From Mucisphaera calidilacus (lineage in GTDB: Bacteria > Planctomycetota > Phycisphaerae > Phycisphaerales > Phycisphaeraceae): a stretch of DNA of 32,000 bases. Below the pieces are notes generated by a model. The model was not told where the DNA came from. It ran no database searches and saw only the letters and a list, made by a program, of their open reading frames with translations. Positions 14,886-24,460 of this stretch are shown in pieces. The first letter of the stretch is position 1. The number at the start of each line of letters is the position of its first letter. Position numbers and translations under genes: made by a program. The DNA is taken from NCBI RefSeq assembly GCF_007748075.1, contig NZ_CP036280.1:510001-542000 (forward strand). Reading direction: 5' to 3'.

Positions 14886-15953
14886 TCAGATCCCCATCTG
14901 CTCGTGGCACTGATCCAGAACATGCATCTGCCGACGCACGCTCTCAGGCGTCACCACCAACTCCGCCCCGTTCCGCAACACTTCATACAGATTCAGATAG
15001 AACAGCACCGCCACGTCCGGGTCCGTCTTCGGGTCCTCCCACCGACCCGTCTGCCAGTCGTACACCTCGTTCTGATAAACACGACCCTCCGCCGGACCGT
15101 CGTCCACCGCACGCTCAGGCATCGTCGACCAGTCCACATACCTCCACTCAAGCTCGCGGTCCGTCCCCACCAGACCACCCGCCGTCCCCCACACGTGCCA
15201 TCGCTTCATGGGGTACGCGCAGCAACTCGACGACTCGATGTCAATCGTCGGGCGACCCTCTCCACGCAGAATCAACTTCACGTGATCCTCGGCATCGCCC
15301 AGCGTCAAAGCACGCTGCGTGTCAATAAACACCTCAGGCGTGCCCTCACCAAACAACTCCAACGCATGGTCCAGCAGGTGCACGCCGTGGTTGTGCAGAT
15401 TCCCGCCGCCACGCGAACGTAGCGTCTGCCAGTCCCAGCGACGCGTGAAACCGCTCCAGTCAATCCGGATCTGAATGATCCGACCCAACACCCCCGAATC
15501 GATCACCTCACGCACCTTCCGAAGATGCGCCTCAAAACGACGATTCTGAAACGGCGCCAGCACCCGGCCCGCCGACCCCGCACACGCGATCATCCGGTCC
15601 GCACCCTCCGTCGACAACGACAACGGCTTCTCCACCACCGCGTGCTTGCCCGCCTCCATCGCCGCACACGCCTGCTCCTCGTGAAGCAGATTAGGCGACG
15701 CCACCGCCACCACCTCCAGCGACGGATCCGCGATCAGTTCGTCCACGCCCGCGTAAACCGCGCAGCCGTAAGCCTCACGCGCCTCGGCACAACGCTCCGC
15801 GTTCGGGTCCGACACCGCCGCGATCGTGAAATGATCCGAAATCGTCGCCAGGTTCTGGCAGTGAATGTTGTAGCCGCTACGCCCAAGACCGATCACACCG
15901 ATCCGCACGGGGTCATGGGTCGGCTCGGGAAAACAGGTCGGAATTGGGGGCAC
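14886..15953 (-). CDS. Gfo/Idh/MocA-family NAD(P)-dependent oxidoreductase
   Basis: Rossmann start VRIGVIGLGRSGYNIH followed by EKPLSLS. The start is ambiguous: GTG at 15953 or GTG at 15908. Confidence 0.85.
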   Translation of the reverse strand: MPPIPTCFPEPTHDPVRIGVIGLGRSGYNIHCQNLATISDHFTIAAVSDPNAERCAEAREAYGCAVYAGVDELIADPSLEVVAVASPNLLHEEQACAAMEAGKHAVVEKPLSLSTEGADRMIACAGSAGRVLAPFQNRRFEAHLRKVREVIDSGVLGRIIQIRIDWSGFTRRWDWQTLRSRGGGNLHNHGVHLLDHALELFGEGTPEVFIDTQRALTLGDAEDHVKLILRGEGRPTIDIESSSCCAYPMKRWHVWGTAGGLVGTDRELEWRYVDWSTMPERAVDDGPAEGRVYQNEVYDWQTGRWEDPKTDPDVAVLFYLNLYEVLRNGAELVVTPESVRRQMHVLDQCHEQMGI

Positions 15954-16053
15954 GGCTCAGCATCTCCGGGCTACAGGCAACTTACAGGTCCGAAGACAGT
16001 CTACCGACTGTCGACCCCACGGTTTTTAAGGCCCCACCCGACACGCCACACGC

Positions 16054-16971
16054 TCATCCCAGCTTCGCAAACAGATCCGCGAACAGCGGGTCACGATCCA
16101 GGTGCCTCGCCACCCGAATCAGGTGACGCGACGCATCACGGCTCCACGTCATACGCTCCGTCAGGATCGGACTCGCCTCAAGCACCGTGTCCACCCACGA
16201 AGCGTCCAGCAGCCACGCCAGCGGCGCCAGATCCCAGATCTGCTTCGAACGACCCGCCTCCGTCTGCGGATAGTGCTCATACTCGCGGAAAATCTTCGAC
16301 AGATACGTCCCGATCTCCGAACGACCGTCCAGGTAACGCTCCAGCTCCGCGCTCGACGCACGCGCCAACTCCGCAACGTGCATGCAAGGCAGCAACACCA
16401 GCGGAACACCCGAATCAAACAACACCCGACTCGCCTCAAGGTCCTGACGCAGATTGAACTCCTGCGCCGTGGGCCAGTAAAGCGGGTGACCACCCAGCCA
16501 CACCACCACCACCTTCTCACGGATGTCCGGCGCCGCCACCAACGCCGAAGCGATGTTCGTCGGAGCCCCGATCCCGACCACGTAAAGCGGGTCGTCCTCC
16601 GCGCTCGCCCGCGCCCGCGCGATCAGATCATCACACGCCGCCGACGCAACCCCGCCCTCCGTATCACGCAACCACGACGTCGAACCCGAAAACACCCGAC
16701 CCGACGTCTCCAGATTCAACAGACCGAAAATCCGCTCAATCTCCTCACGACTCAGCTCCATCCCGTGACCCGGACCCTCCGACCGATCATTGTGGAACGG
16801 CGCCGCGTACACCGCCTCAACCTCAAGACGAGGCGACGACGACAACGCATACACCAACGCAAACTGATCGTCGATCTCGTTGTACGTGTCCGTGTCCAGC
16901 ACCATCCGCACACGGCCCTCAGGCCACATCAGACGACGCATCAACAGTTCAGGGTCCAGTGCCTTCATCAT
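16054..16971 (-). CDS. nucleoside hydrolase-like protein (inosine/uridine-preferring NH fold)
   Basis: The N-terminal motif MVLDTDTYNEIDDQFAL matches the DxDxxxDD signature. I prefer the ATG at 16969-16971, which is preceded by GAAGGA; the tracked TTG is at 16986. Confidence 0.8.
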   Translation of the reverse strand: MMKALDPELLMRRLMWPEGRVRMVLDTDTYNEIDDQFALVYALSSSPRLEVEAVYAAPFHNDRSEGPGHGMELSREEIERIFGLLNLETSGRVFSGSTSWLRDTEGGVASAACDDLIARARASAEDDPLYVVGIGAPTNIASALVAAPDIREKVVVVWLGGHPLYWPTAQEFNLRQDLEASRVLFDSGVPLVLLPCMHVAELARASSAELERYLDGRSEIGTYLSKIFREYEHYPQTEAGRSKQIWDLAPLAWLLDASWVDTVLEASPILTERMTWSRDASRHLIRVARHLDRDPLFADLFAKLG

Positions 16972-17006
16972 CAATCCTTCAAACAACGACCACGAAAAAT
17001 ACCATC

Positions 17007-17837
17007 CTACTCGAACGCCACACCCGCCTCCGCCGCCGCCGCTCGGATCAATGCCACACTCGACCTCGCCTCCTCCGCGCTCTGGCAGTGCTCAACGATG
17101 ACCCAGCTGTCCGCCGCCGCATAAGCCGAAGACAGCCGCAGAAAGGCCGCCCAGTCGGTGTGGCCACGCCCCACAGGCGTCAAACCCATACGCACGTGAA
17201 AACCTTCCTCCAGACCCACCTCCTTGACGTGCACCAGCCCGATCCAGCCCCCGAGTCCCGCGACCGTACGCTCCACCAGAGGCATGGGATCGAAACAGTC
17301 ATCCACGCCCGCGTAAAGACTCGAAGGATCGAGATTGCACCGAAGATGATCCGACCCCACAAGATCCCGAAGCATGGCAAAACGCTCCGCCGAACTGATC
17401 ACCCCCTTCAGATACGCCTCGACCGTCAACACCACATCATGCGCCGCCGCCAACGCCACCAGCGGGCACAGAGCCGACGCCATCGCCTCGACCGCCGAAT
17501 CACGCCGGTTCCGCTCGTCAAACAACCCAAACGCCGCCGACGCAAAACTGCCCGGGCCGATCGAGATGTAGCGGCACCCCGTCGCCGGGGTCAACGCGAT
17601 CAAACGCCGAAGACGATCCGTCTCACGATCCAACGCCCCCCGGTCAGGCGACAAGGGGTTGTAGCCAAACGCCGGAACCTGACAAACCTCCAGACCACGC
17701 TCACGAAGCGGATCCATCGCCGCCTCCACACCCCGATCCAGCAAAACGCCCGCGTCAATACTCACGCCACGCACTCCAAGCTCAGCCGCGACGTCATGCG
17801 TCGCCTCGCCCGCTTCCAGACCCAGCCGCATCGCCAT
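17007..17837 (-). CDS. sugar phosphate isomerase/epimerase-family protein (xylose-isomerase-like TIM barrel)
   Basis: 276 aa with a family-like pattern (..LTVEAY.., ..IGLVHVKEV.., PVGRGHTDWAAFLR, WVIVEH). The ATG shares 1 nt with the upstream stop (TGATG). Confidence 0.7.
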   Translation of the reverse strand: MAMRLGLEAGEATHDVAAELGVRGVSIDAGVLLDRGVEAAMDPLRERGLEVCQVPAFGYNPLSPDRGALDRETDRLRRLIALTPATGCRYISIGPGSFASAAFGLFDERNRRDSAVEAMASALCPLVALAAAHDVVLTVEAYLKGVISSAERFAMLRDLVGSDHLRCNLDPSSLYAGVDDCFDPMPLVERTVAGLGGWIGLVHVKEVGLEEGFHVRMGLTPVGRGHTDWAAFLRLSSAYAAADSWVIVEHCQSAEEARSSVALIRAAAAEAGVAFE

Positions 17838-18895
17838 CAGGCCAGCTCCTTAAAATCCGCAAGATCGACGGCCCGACCCAGCCGCGACGAGGCCGTGACC
17901 GCCATCGCGATATCCACACTCAGAACCCCGTCAGCGACAGTCACCGCCGGCGACGAACCGCTTCTCACACAATGCACGAAGTGCTCCAGAGCATGCGTGT
18001 AACGCGTCGTGCCCAGACGCTCGGGGTCCGCGACCAATTCACGAACCGCATCATCACCCCGCTCCGCCCAGCGCAGCCGCCGCCACAAATGATCCTGACC
18101 AATCAACTCAGCCTGTCCACCCTCCGCGAACACCTCCAGCCTCGGGAACGATGCCTCCGCAGACACACCCAATCCCCCAACCGTCAGCGACGCCATCGCG
18201 CCGCCCGAAAAGCCAAGCGTGATCACCGCGCTGTCCGGCATCGGGCGGCCATGAAAATCACCGCACATCGCGAACACACGCTCAGGACGGCCCATCAGCG
18301 AACAGACCGCATCAAACAGATGGCACGAATTCTCGTTGATCAGACCGTTCCCGTCCTCCGGGTCCCACAACCAGCCGTCGGCAGGCGGCACCCAGTCAAA
18401 CACGTACGAACCACGCAAAACCCGAACCGCGCCCAGCGGGCCCTCAAGCAGACCACGCAACCGATCCATCACCGGATGAAACCGAAAACTGAAACCCGGC
18501 ATCACCACACCCGAAGAGCCCGCGCACACCGAAGCCAACACCCGCGCGTGCCGAGCGTTACTCGCCCAAGGCTTCTCCACGAACACACCCAGACCGCAAC
18601 CCACCGCACGCTCCAGAAGCCCGTGTCGCGAGGCAGGCGACGTCGCGATCACCACCGCGTCCAGGTCGTATCCTCCGAACAGACGCTCCGCATCCGCCTC
18701 CGAGGCAAAACCATAACGCCCTGCGTCACGCTCCAGCAACGCGCTGCTTCGGTCCGCAACCACAACCACACGCACCCCAGGCATCCCCATCAGCGTCGAC
18801 ACGAGAAATCGTCCGAAACCGTAACCCACCACACCCAGACGCACCGCACGCTCAGACTCAGACAACGCCCACCCCGCCTCCCTCACGCAGACCAC
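17837..18895 (-). CDS. Gfo/Idh/MocA-family oxidoreductase
   Basis: VRLGVVGYGFGRFLV and VFVEKPWAS. The tracked start overlaps the upstream gene by 38 nt. A TTG at 18865 or GTG at 18844 may be the true start. Confidence 0.8.
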   Translation of the reverse strand: MVCVREAGWALSESERAVRLGVVGYGFGRFLVSTLMGMPGVRVVVVADRSSALLERDAGRYGFASEADAERLFGGYDLDAVVIATSPASRHGLLERAVGCGLGVFVEKPWASNARHARVLASVCAGSSGVVMPGFSFRFHPVMDRLRGLLEGPLGAVRVLRGSYVFDWVPPADGWLWDPEDGNGLINENSCHLFDAVCSLMGRPERVFAMCGDFHGRPMPDSAVITLGFSGGAMASLTVGGLGVSAEASFPRLEVFAEGGQAELIGQDHLWRRLRWAERGDDAVRELVADPERLGTTRYTHALEHFVHCVRSGSSPAVTVADGVLSVDIAMAVTASSRLGRAVDLADFKELA

Positions 18896-20117
18896 GCGTC
18901 GTGGTTGTCATCGTGTAGCGACGACCCGTACGCGACGACTCCAGCGAACCCCACATCATCTCCGTGATGTGACGACCCCACGACGCATTCACCACCGGCT
19001 CCTCGTCACGCAGGATGCAGTCGCACAGGTGACGCGTCGATTCCGCGTAGTAGTTGAACGCACCCGGAACCGGTTGGGGCCAACGCGCCTTCGTGAGATC
19101 GCCACGAGCCGGGACGTGATACCAACCCGCCTCGTCAACCTCGGGAAGAAGATCCCGACGCTCCGAGATGAACGACGCCATGTGCGGACCACCCAGAATC
19201 AGGTTCCCGCCCACACCGAATACCTGCAGCCCACCCGAGCCCGCCGTGTCACCGTAAGTCGGATGGAAAGGCCGGCCCACGTGCACGTCACCCACCCACC
19301 CGCTCGCCATCGTGTACGTGCTGAAGACGTTGTCGTTCGCCTCCATCACGATGCGCTCCGTCTTCTCCATCGTCAGCACCGCGTCCCAGTAGTTGCAGTC
19401 GCGCGGGTCAGTCCGCTCCGACAGCCAACGCGTGTAATCACCCTCCGGCACGATCATCCGGTCCGGCGCCGAGATCCGTGCCGTCGCCACCACCGAAGCG
19501 CAGTCACCCAGCAGCGTCACGATCTGCGTCGGCATGTACGGATAGTCAAAAATCACCCCGCCGGAGTCCTTCGCAAAGAACGCCGCGTTCCCGTACGGGT
19601 TGCCGCCCAGCATCCCGCTGTAACGCGGGCCCGCTTTCGGGATCAGCGTGAACCAGTACGGGTCGCCAAGAACACCGCGATCAATCAACGCCCGGAGGTG
19701 ACGCCAGTCCGGGTCCAGAGGCGACTGCGAACTCGGCTCCACCACACACTTCACGCCCGCCGCATCCACCGCCTCCACGATCGCCGTCGCGTCCGCAAGC
19801 GTCAACGCCATCGGCTTCTGCAGCAGGAGATGCAGGCCACGCTCCGCCGCCGCCAACGCGAACCGCGCGTGCGTCCCGGGCGCCGTCAGAATCAGCACCG
19901 CGTCCAGCTCCGAACGCTCCAGCATCGCAAAGTAATCCGTGTACGTCTCCGCCGCCCCGAACAGCCGCGCACACGCACGCGCACGCTCCCCATCCAGATC
20001 GCACACCGCCACCAACGCCGCCTCCTCGTGATCCAGGATGAACGGCAGGTAGTACGCCGTCGCCACCACCCCGCAGCCCACGACCCCCAGCCGAACACGA
20101 TCGGATACGCCAATCAT
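18858..20117 (-). CDS. Gfo/Idh/MocA-family oxidoreductase (long form, 419 aa)
   Basis: The ATG at 20115-20117 gives MIGVSDRVRLGVVGCGVVATAYYLPFI. LLLQKPMALT is also present. Confidence 0.85.
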   Translation of the reverse strand: MIGVSDRVRLGVVGCGVVATAYYLPFILDHEEAALVAVCDLDGERARACARLFGAAETYTDYFAMLERSELDAVLILTAPGTHARFALAAAERGLHLLLQKPMALTLADATAIVEAVDAAGVKCVVEPSSQSPLDPDWRHLRALIDRGVLGDPYWFTLIPKAGPRYSGMLGGNPYGNAAFFAKDSGGVIFDYPYMPTQIVTLLGDCASVVATARISAPDRMIVPEGDYTRWLSERTDPRDCNYWDAVLTMEKTERIVMEANDNVFSTYTMASGWVGDVHVGRPFHPTYGDTAGSGGLQVFGVGGNLILGGPHMASFISERRDLLPEVDEAGWYHVPARGDLTKARWPQPVPGAFNYYAESTRHLCDCILRDEEPVVNASWGRHITEMMWGSLESSRTGRRYTMTTTTRGLREGGGVGVV

Positions 20118-20369
20118 CAGATGATGCTCCCTGATCTGAGCCAGGCCGATTTTTCGCTATGTAATCTGCACATCTAGCTATAATACGCTAACAACAAGAC
20201 AATCCTTGCGCGCCGTTCAGGCCTACCTGTACCATAACCGACGCACGAACGCACGCAGGACAGGACCGCCGCTCTCGAACCCCCGCGACTCGTATCCCAC
20301 CCGTCGGACCCGCCCGGGGCCGGACCCCCCGACCGCTCGCAAAGCTCCCCAACCCACGAGTCGTTTACG

Positions 20370-21890
20370 ATGCCCCTACGAACGGGCACCGGAACGCGAA
20401 CCGCGGAGCGACGCCGCATGAGCAGACAGCTCGAGAACAGACTGCGACAGGCCGGCAACAGCCTCAAGCCCTGGATCATCGCACTCGCAGCCTTCATCCT
20501 CCTCACGCACACGCAGTGGTGGTGGAACGGCACCGGCGACGAGATGAACTACCTCTCCATCGCCAGACACCTCGCCGCAGGCGAGGTCGCTCGGTACGAC
20601 CAGCCGGCGCTCCGATACGCGCCCGGCTACCCCCTGCTCATCGCGCCCGCATTCTGGATCGCCGAACGACCCTTCCTCATCATCAACCTCATCCACGCCG
20701 CGCTCCTGATCGTCGCGCTCTACCCCATGCACCAATGGTTCCGCAGGCACGCCCGGCACGCCGCGCCTCTCCTCACCGCCTTCGTCGTCGTCAATCTCAG
20801 CCTCTGGTACTACACCAGACGGCCCCTCAGCGAAGCCGCCTTCATCCCCCTCCTCTTCCTCACGGCCCTCGCACTGCAGAACCTCGCCGAATCCCCATCC
20901 ATCAGACGCGACATCATCAAAACCATCGCCACCGCCACGCTCATCACCCTCCTCGTCGCCGTCCGACAGCTAGGCGTCTTCCTCCTGCCCGCCTTCGCCA
21001 TCGTCCTGATCGCCCGCATCCGATACCACCGACTCAACCCCCTCGACGCCCTCGCACGACTCGCCATCGTCGCAACGCCCGCATGCCTCGCCATCCTCGC
21101 CATCAGCCGGTACGACCAGATCCACAGCCCCCCCGACGAACAAACCTACGTCGAACACCTCGTTCACTCCGAACTCTCCATCACCCAGAGACTCCTCCTC
21201 GGACTGCACCTGCGCGTCTCCGAGATCGGACGGCTCATCATGCCCGGCATGCGCACCACCTACGCGCAGGAAGGCAACTGGCTCGATATCAACATGCTCA
21301 TCTACGGATCACTCGCGATCGCGCTCGCCTGGGGATGGCTCCGACTCGTCCGGAGCCGCGCCGACACGCTCCTCTGCTTCCTCCCCTTCTACCTCGCCTT
21401 CCTCCTCGTCTGGCCCTACGAGGCCGCCACACGATACGCCGTCCCCATCCTTATCCCTCTCGCGCTCACCCTCAGCAGCTGCCTCCGAACGCTCCCGCGA
21501 CACCTCACCACACTCGCCGCACTCACCATCCTCCACGCGATCGTCACCCTCGCATTCTGGGGGATCGAGGCAACACGCGCCGACACCGCTCAGCAATGGG
21601 ACGCCGCGCAGCACGCCGCACGGGTCATCCGCGACAACCCGGGCAACACCATCGCACACCGTCTCGAAACGCCCTGGGTCTACCGCCTCCGGTTCCTCCT
21701 CAACCGAAACGTCCTCGAAGTCCCCCGACTCGACACACGAACCCTCGACAGCAACCACTGGATCGCAACCACCCCCCAACACGCCCCGCCGCCAGAAAGC
21801 TGGGAGCCCATCCCCATCGACGACACCGTGACCCTCTACCAACGACGCAACGACACCCGGCCATCAGACGCCTCCCTTCTGCTACAGTGA
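20370..21890 (+). CDS. GT-C fold membrane glycosyltransferase (ArnT/PMT_2-like)
   Basis: About 11-12 hydrophobic segments. The first periplasmic loop carries GTGDEMNYLSIARHLAAGE..YAPGYPLLIAP, which is typical of ArnT/PMT-like enzymes. An alternative start is the ATG at 20418. Confidence 0.75.
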   Translation: MPLRTGTGTRTAERRRMSRQLENRLRQAGNSLKPWIIALAAFILLTHTQWWWNGTGDEMNYLSIARHLAAGEVARYDQPALRYAPGYPLLIAPAFWIAERPFLIINLIHAALLIVALYPMHQWFRRHARHAAPLLTAFVVVNLSLWYYTRRPLSEAAFIPLLFLTALALQNLAESPSIRRDIIKTIATATLITLLVAVRQLGVFLLPAFAIVLIARIRYHRLNPLDALARLAIVATPACLAILAISRYDQIHSPPDEQTYVEHLVHSELSITQRLLLGLHLRVSEIGRLIMPGMRTTYAQEGNWLDINMLIYGSLAIALAWGWLRLVRSRADTLLCFLPFYLAFLLVWPYEAATRYAVPILIPLALTLSSCLRTLPRHLTTLAALTILHAIVTLAFWGIEATRADTAQQWDAAQHAARVIRDNPGNTIAHRLETPWVYRLRFLLNRNVLEVPRLDTRTLDSNHWIATTPQHAPPPESWEPIPIDDTVTLYQRRNDTRPSDASLLLQ

Positions 21891-21949
21891 CCACGCTCAA
21901 ACACCGTCGGTCAACGCATCTATCCCGGACGGGAGAGGGCCACCAAACC

Positions 21950-23173
21950 ATGAAACTCGAGATCGTCATACCCGCCCTCAACGAACAGCAGAGCATCCGA
22001 TCGATCATCGAACGATGCCTCGACGCACGCGAACGCATCATCGCCGAATCACCCGTCACCGAGGTCTCGGTCACCGTCACCTCCGACGGATCCACCGACG
22101 ACACCGTCCCCATCGCACGCGAATATCAGGACCGGATCAACCTCATCGTCTTCGAAAAAAACCGCGGCTACGGCGCCGCCATCATGGCCGGATGGAACGC
22201 CTCCGACGCACAGCTCCTCGCCTTCCTCGACGCCGACGGGACCTGCGACCCCCTCTTCTTCATCAAACTCTGCAACGCCCTCGACCAGCAGCAGGCCGAC
22301 ATCGCCCTCGGATGCCGAATCAACCCGCAGTCACGCATGCCACTCACCCGACGCATCGGCAACTTCGGCTTCGCCATGATCATGTCGCTCTTCTCCCTCT
22401 CACGCATCAAGGACACCGCCTCAGGCATGCGCGTCGTCAGGCGACAGTGCCTGCCCAAACTCATGCCACTGCCCGACGGACTCCACTTCACGCCCGCCAT
22501 GAGCTCACGCGCCATCCTCGCCCGAGACCTCAGGATCATCGAGTGCGATATGCCCTACAGCGAACGCGAGGGCGAATCCAAACTCAAAGTCGTCCGCGAC
22601 GGCATCCGCTTCCTCCACGTCATCGTCACCAACGCGCTCCTCCACCGCCCCTCGCGACCCCTGGGACTCATCGCCACCGCCTGCTTCCTGCTCGCGTGGA
22701 TCATGATGATCTACCCCATCTACAACTACACCCAGACCGGTACCGTCCTCGAATGGATGATCTACCGGTTCATCGCCGCCGACCTCCTCGCCAGCACCGC
22801 CATCCTCCTCTGGTGCGGCGGGTACCTCGGACGAAAAGCCGTCGACATCGCGCTCTCCGACAACCCCGCTCGCGACAAACACCTCGGGGTCTTCGGATGG
22901 CTCATGACCAGCAACTGGTTCTGGGTCATCACCGCGGCCTGCCTCGCCATCGGAACACTCCTCGTCGGCGAGGCGCTCCTCAACTACCTCGCCACCGGAG
23001 AGGTCCACGAACACTGGTCCCGTTTCATCGTCATGGCCTTCTTCGTCTGGATCGCCGTCGTCCTGCTCATTACACGGTCACTCGACTACTCGCTCTCGCT
23101 CCTCGCCGACCGACTCCAGTACCTGCGAAACCCCCGTACCACCGCGGCAGAACCCGATGTCCAACGGGCCTGA
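21950..23173 (+). CDS. GT2 polyprenyl-phosphate glycosyltransferase (ArnC/GtrB/DPM1-like) with four C-terminal TM helices
   Basis: The ATG at 21950 is preceded by GGGAGAGGG. Blocks IVIPALNEQQSI, VTSDGSTDDT, NRGYGAAIMAG and FLDADGTCDP. The N-terminal 478 aa of tracked ORF 20516..23173 are a shadow frame of the GT-C gene. Confidence 0.85.
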   Translation: MKLEIVIPALNEQQSIRSIIERCLDARERIIAESPVTEVSVTVTSDGSTDDTVPIAREYQDRINLIVFEKNRGYGAAIMAGWNASDAQLLAFLDADGTCDPLFFIKLCNALDQQQADIALGCRINPQSRMPLTRRIGNFGFAMIMSLFSLSRIKDTASGMRVVRRQCLPKLMPLPDGLHFTPAMSSRAILARDLRIIECDMPYSEREGESKLKVVRDGIRFLHVIVTNALLHRPSRPLGLIATACFLLAWIMMIYPIYNYTQTGTVLEWMIYRFIAADLLASTAILLWCGGYLGRKAVDIALSDNPARDKHLGVFGWLMTSNWFWVITAACLAIGTLLVGEALLNYLATGEVHEHWSRFIVMAFFVWIAVVLLITRSLDYSLSLLADRLQYLRNPRTTAAEPDVQRA

Positions 23174-23804
23174 TCAACAACAACCCTCCAGAATCCTCAG
23201 AACCGTCGGCAACGCCCACGGACGACTCGTCCACACACGACGCGTCCAGGCCATCGCCCAGGCCGTCACGCCTCTCGTCAGACCCCACGCCGCTCTCCTC
23301 GATATCGGCTGTGGCGACGGAACCCTCGCCGCACGCATCGCCGCACAAGTCGAAGGCCTCAGCGTCACCGGACTCGAAATCATGACTCGGCCAGACTCCG
23401 CTATACCCGTCACATCATTCGACGGCGAACACATTCCCCTCGACGACAACGCCGTCGACTACGCCATGATGATCGACGTCCTGCACCACACCGACGACCC
23501 CACCATCCTCCTCCGTGAAGCCGCTCGCGTCGCACGTGTCGCCGTCATCCTCAAAGATCACCGCATGGAAAGACCCCTCGCCCGACTCACGCTCCGATTC
23601 ATGGACTGGGTCGGTAACAAGCCCCATGGCGTCACGCTCCCCTACAACTACTGGCCCGAAAAACGCTGGCGCGAAACCTGGAAACAACTCGGCCTCCACC
23701 CGCAACACTTCGCCACACAACTCGGACTCTACCCCCGTCCCGCCAACTGGATCTTCGAAAAAGGCCTCCACTTCATCGCGCTGCTGCAGACAACCAACCC
23801 ATGA
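23157..23804 (+). CDS. class I SAM-dependent methyltransferase
   Basis: Motif I LLDIGCGDGTLAARIA and post-I/II motifs DYAMMIDVLHH. The gene overlaps the GT2 gene by 17 nt. Confidence 0.8.
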   Translation: MSNGPDQQQPSRILRTVGNAHGRLVHTRRVQAIAQAVTPLVRPHAALLDIGCGDGTLAARIAAQVEGLSVTGLEIMTRPDSAIPVTSFDGEHIPLDDNAVDYAMMIDVLHHTDDPTILLREAARVARVAVILKDHRMERPLARLTLRFMDWVGNKPHGVTLPYNYWPEKRWRETWKQLGLHPQHFATQLGLYPRPANWIFEKGLHFIALLQTTNP

Positions 23805-24460
23805 ACCAACCACCACCCGAACCATCCATCACCGCGTGGGAAGACGCCTACAGCCGCTTCGAAACCCCCGCACAGGAACGCGCCAAGTTCCGCCAGCGAC
23901 TCCGAAAACTCAACGCCCACAAACTGCCCCGAGACGCACGCATCCTCGAAACCTTCTGCGGACGCGGCAACGGCATGAACGCATGGAAAGACCTCGGCTT
24001 CCAGAACATCCACGGACTCGACCTCTCGCCCAGACTCCTCGCGCAGGTCGACGGACCCTTCCAGACCTTCGAGGGCGACGCCTGCAACATGCCCTTCGAT
24101 GACCACGCCTACGACGCCGTCTGTGTCCAGGGCGGCCTCCACCACCTCCCCTCATCACAACACCTCGACCAGTGCCTACGCGAAACCCGACGCGTCCTCA
24201 AGCCCCACGGATACTTCCTCGTCGTTGAGCCCTGGAACACCCCCTTCCTCAGACTCGTCCACGCCATGACGCGATCACCCCTGCGACGCCTCTGGCCAAA
24301 ACTCGACGCCCTGGCCGTCATGATCGACAACGAACGAACAACCTACGAGGCCTGGCTCAACGCAGCACCCCGCATCCTCCAGAACCTCGAACAACACTTC
24401 GTTATCGAGACCAAACACATCGCTCGCGGCAAGATCATGGCCGTAACACGACCGAGGTAG
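23801..24460 (+). CDS. class I SAM-dependent methyltransferase (second, divergent)
   Basis: ILETFCGRGNGMNAW (motif I variant), FDDHAYDAVCVQGGLHH and LKPHGYFLVVEP. There is a 4-nt ATGA overlap with the previous gene. Confidence 0.75.
   Translation: MNQPPPEPSITAWEDAYSRFETPAQERAKFRQRLRKLNAHKLPRDARILETFCGRGNGMNAWKDLGFQNIHGLDLSPRLLAQVDGPFQTFEGDACNMPFDDHAYDAVCVQGGLHHLPSSQHLDQCLRETRRVLKPHGYFLVVEPWNTPFLRLVHAMTRSPLRRLWPKLDALAVMIDNERTTYEAWLNAAPRILQNLEQHFVIETKHIARGKIMAVTRPR

Noticed and set aside
15525-20177. Chain of plus-strand ORFs (15525..16457, 16102..17124, 16959..18002, 17972..18967, 18969..20177)
   Set aside because: All are Arg/His/Pro/Thr-rich and antisense to well-supported minus-strand enzymes.
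20516-21949. N-terminal 478 aa of the 885-aa ORF 20516..23173
   Set aside because: This part is out of frame with, and overlaps, the GT-C gene, and its composition is Pro/Arg/His-rich. Real GT2 homology begins only at the ATG at 21950, which has its own RBS.
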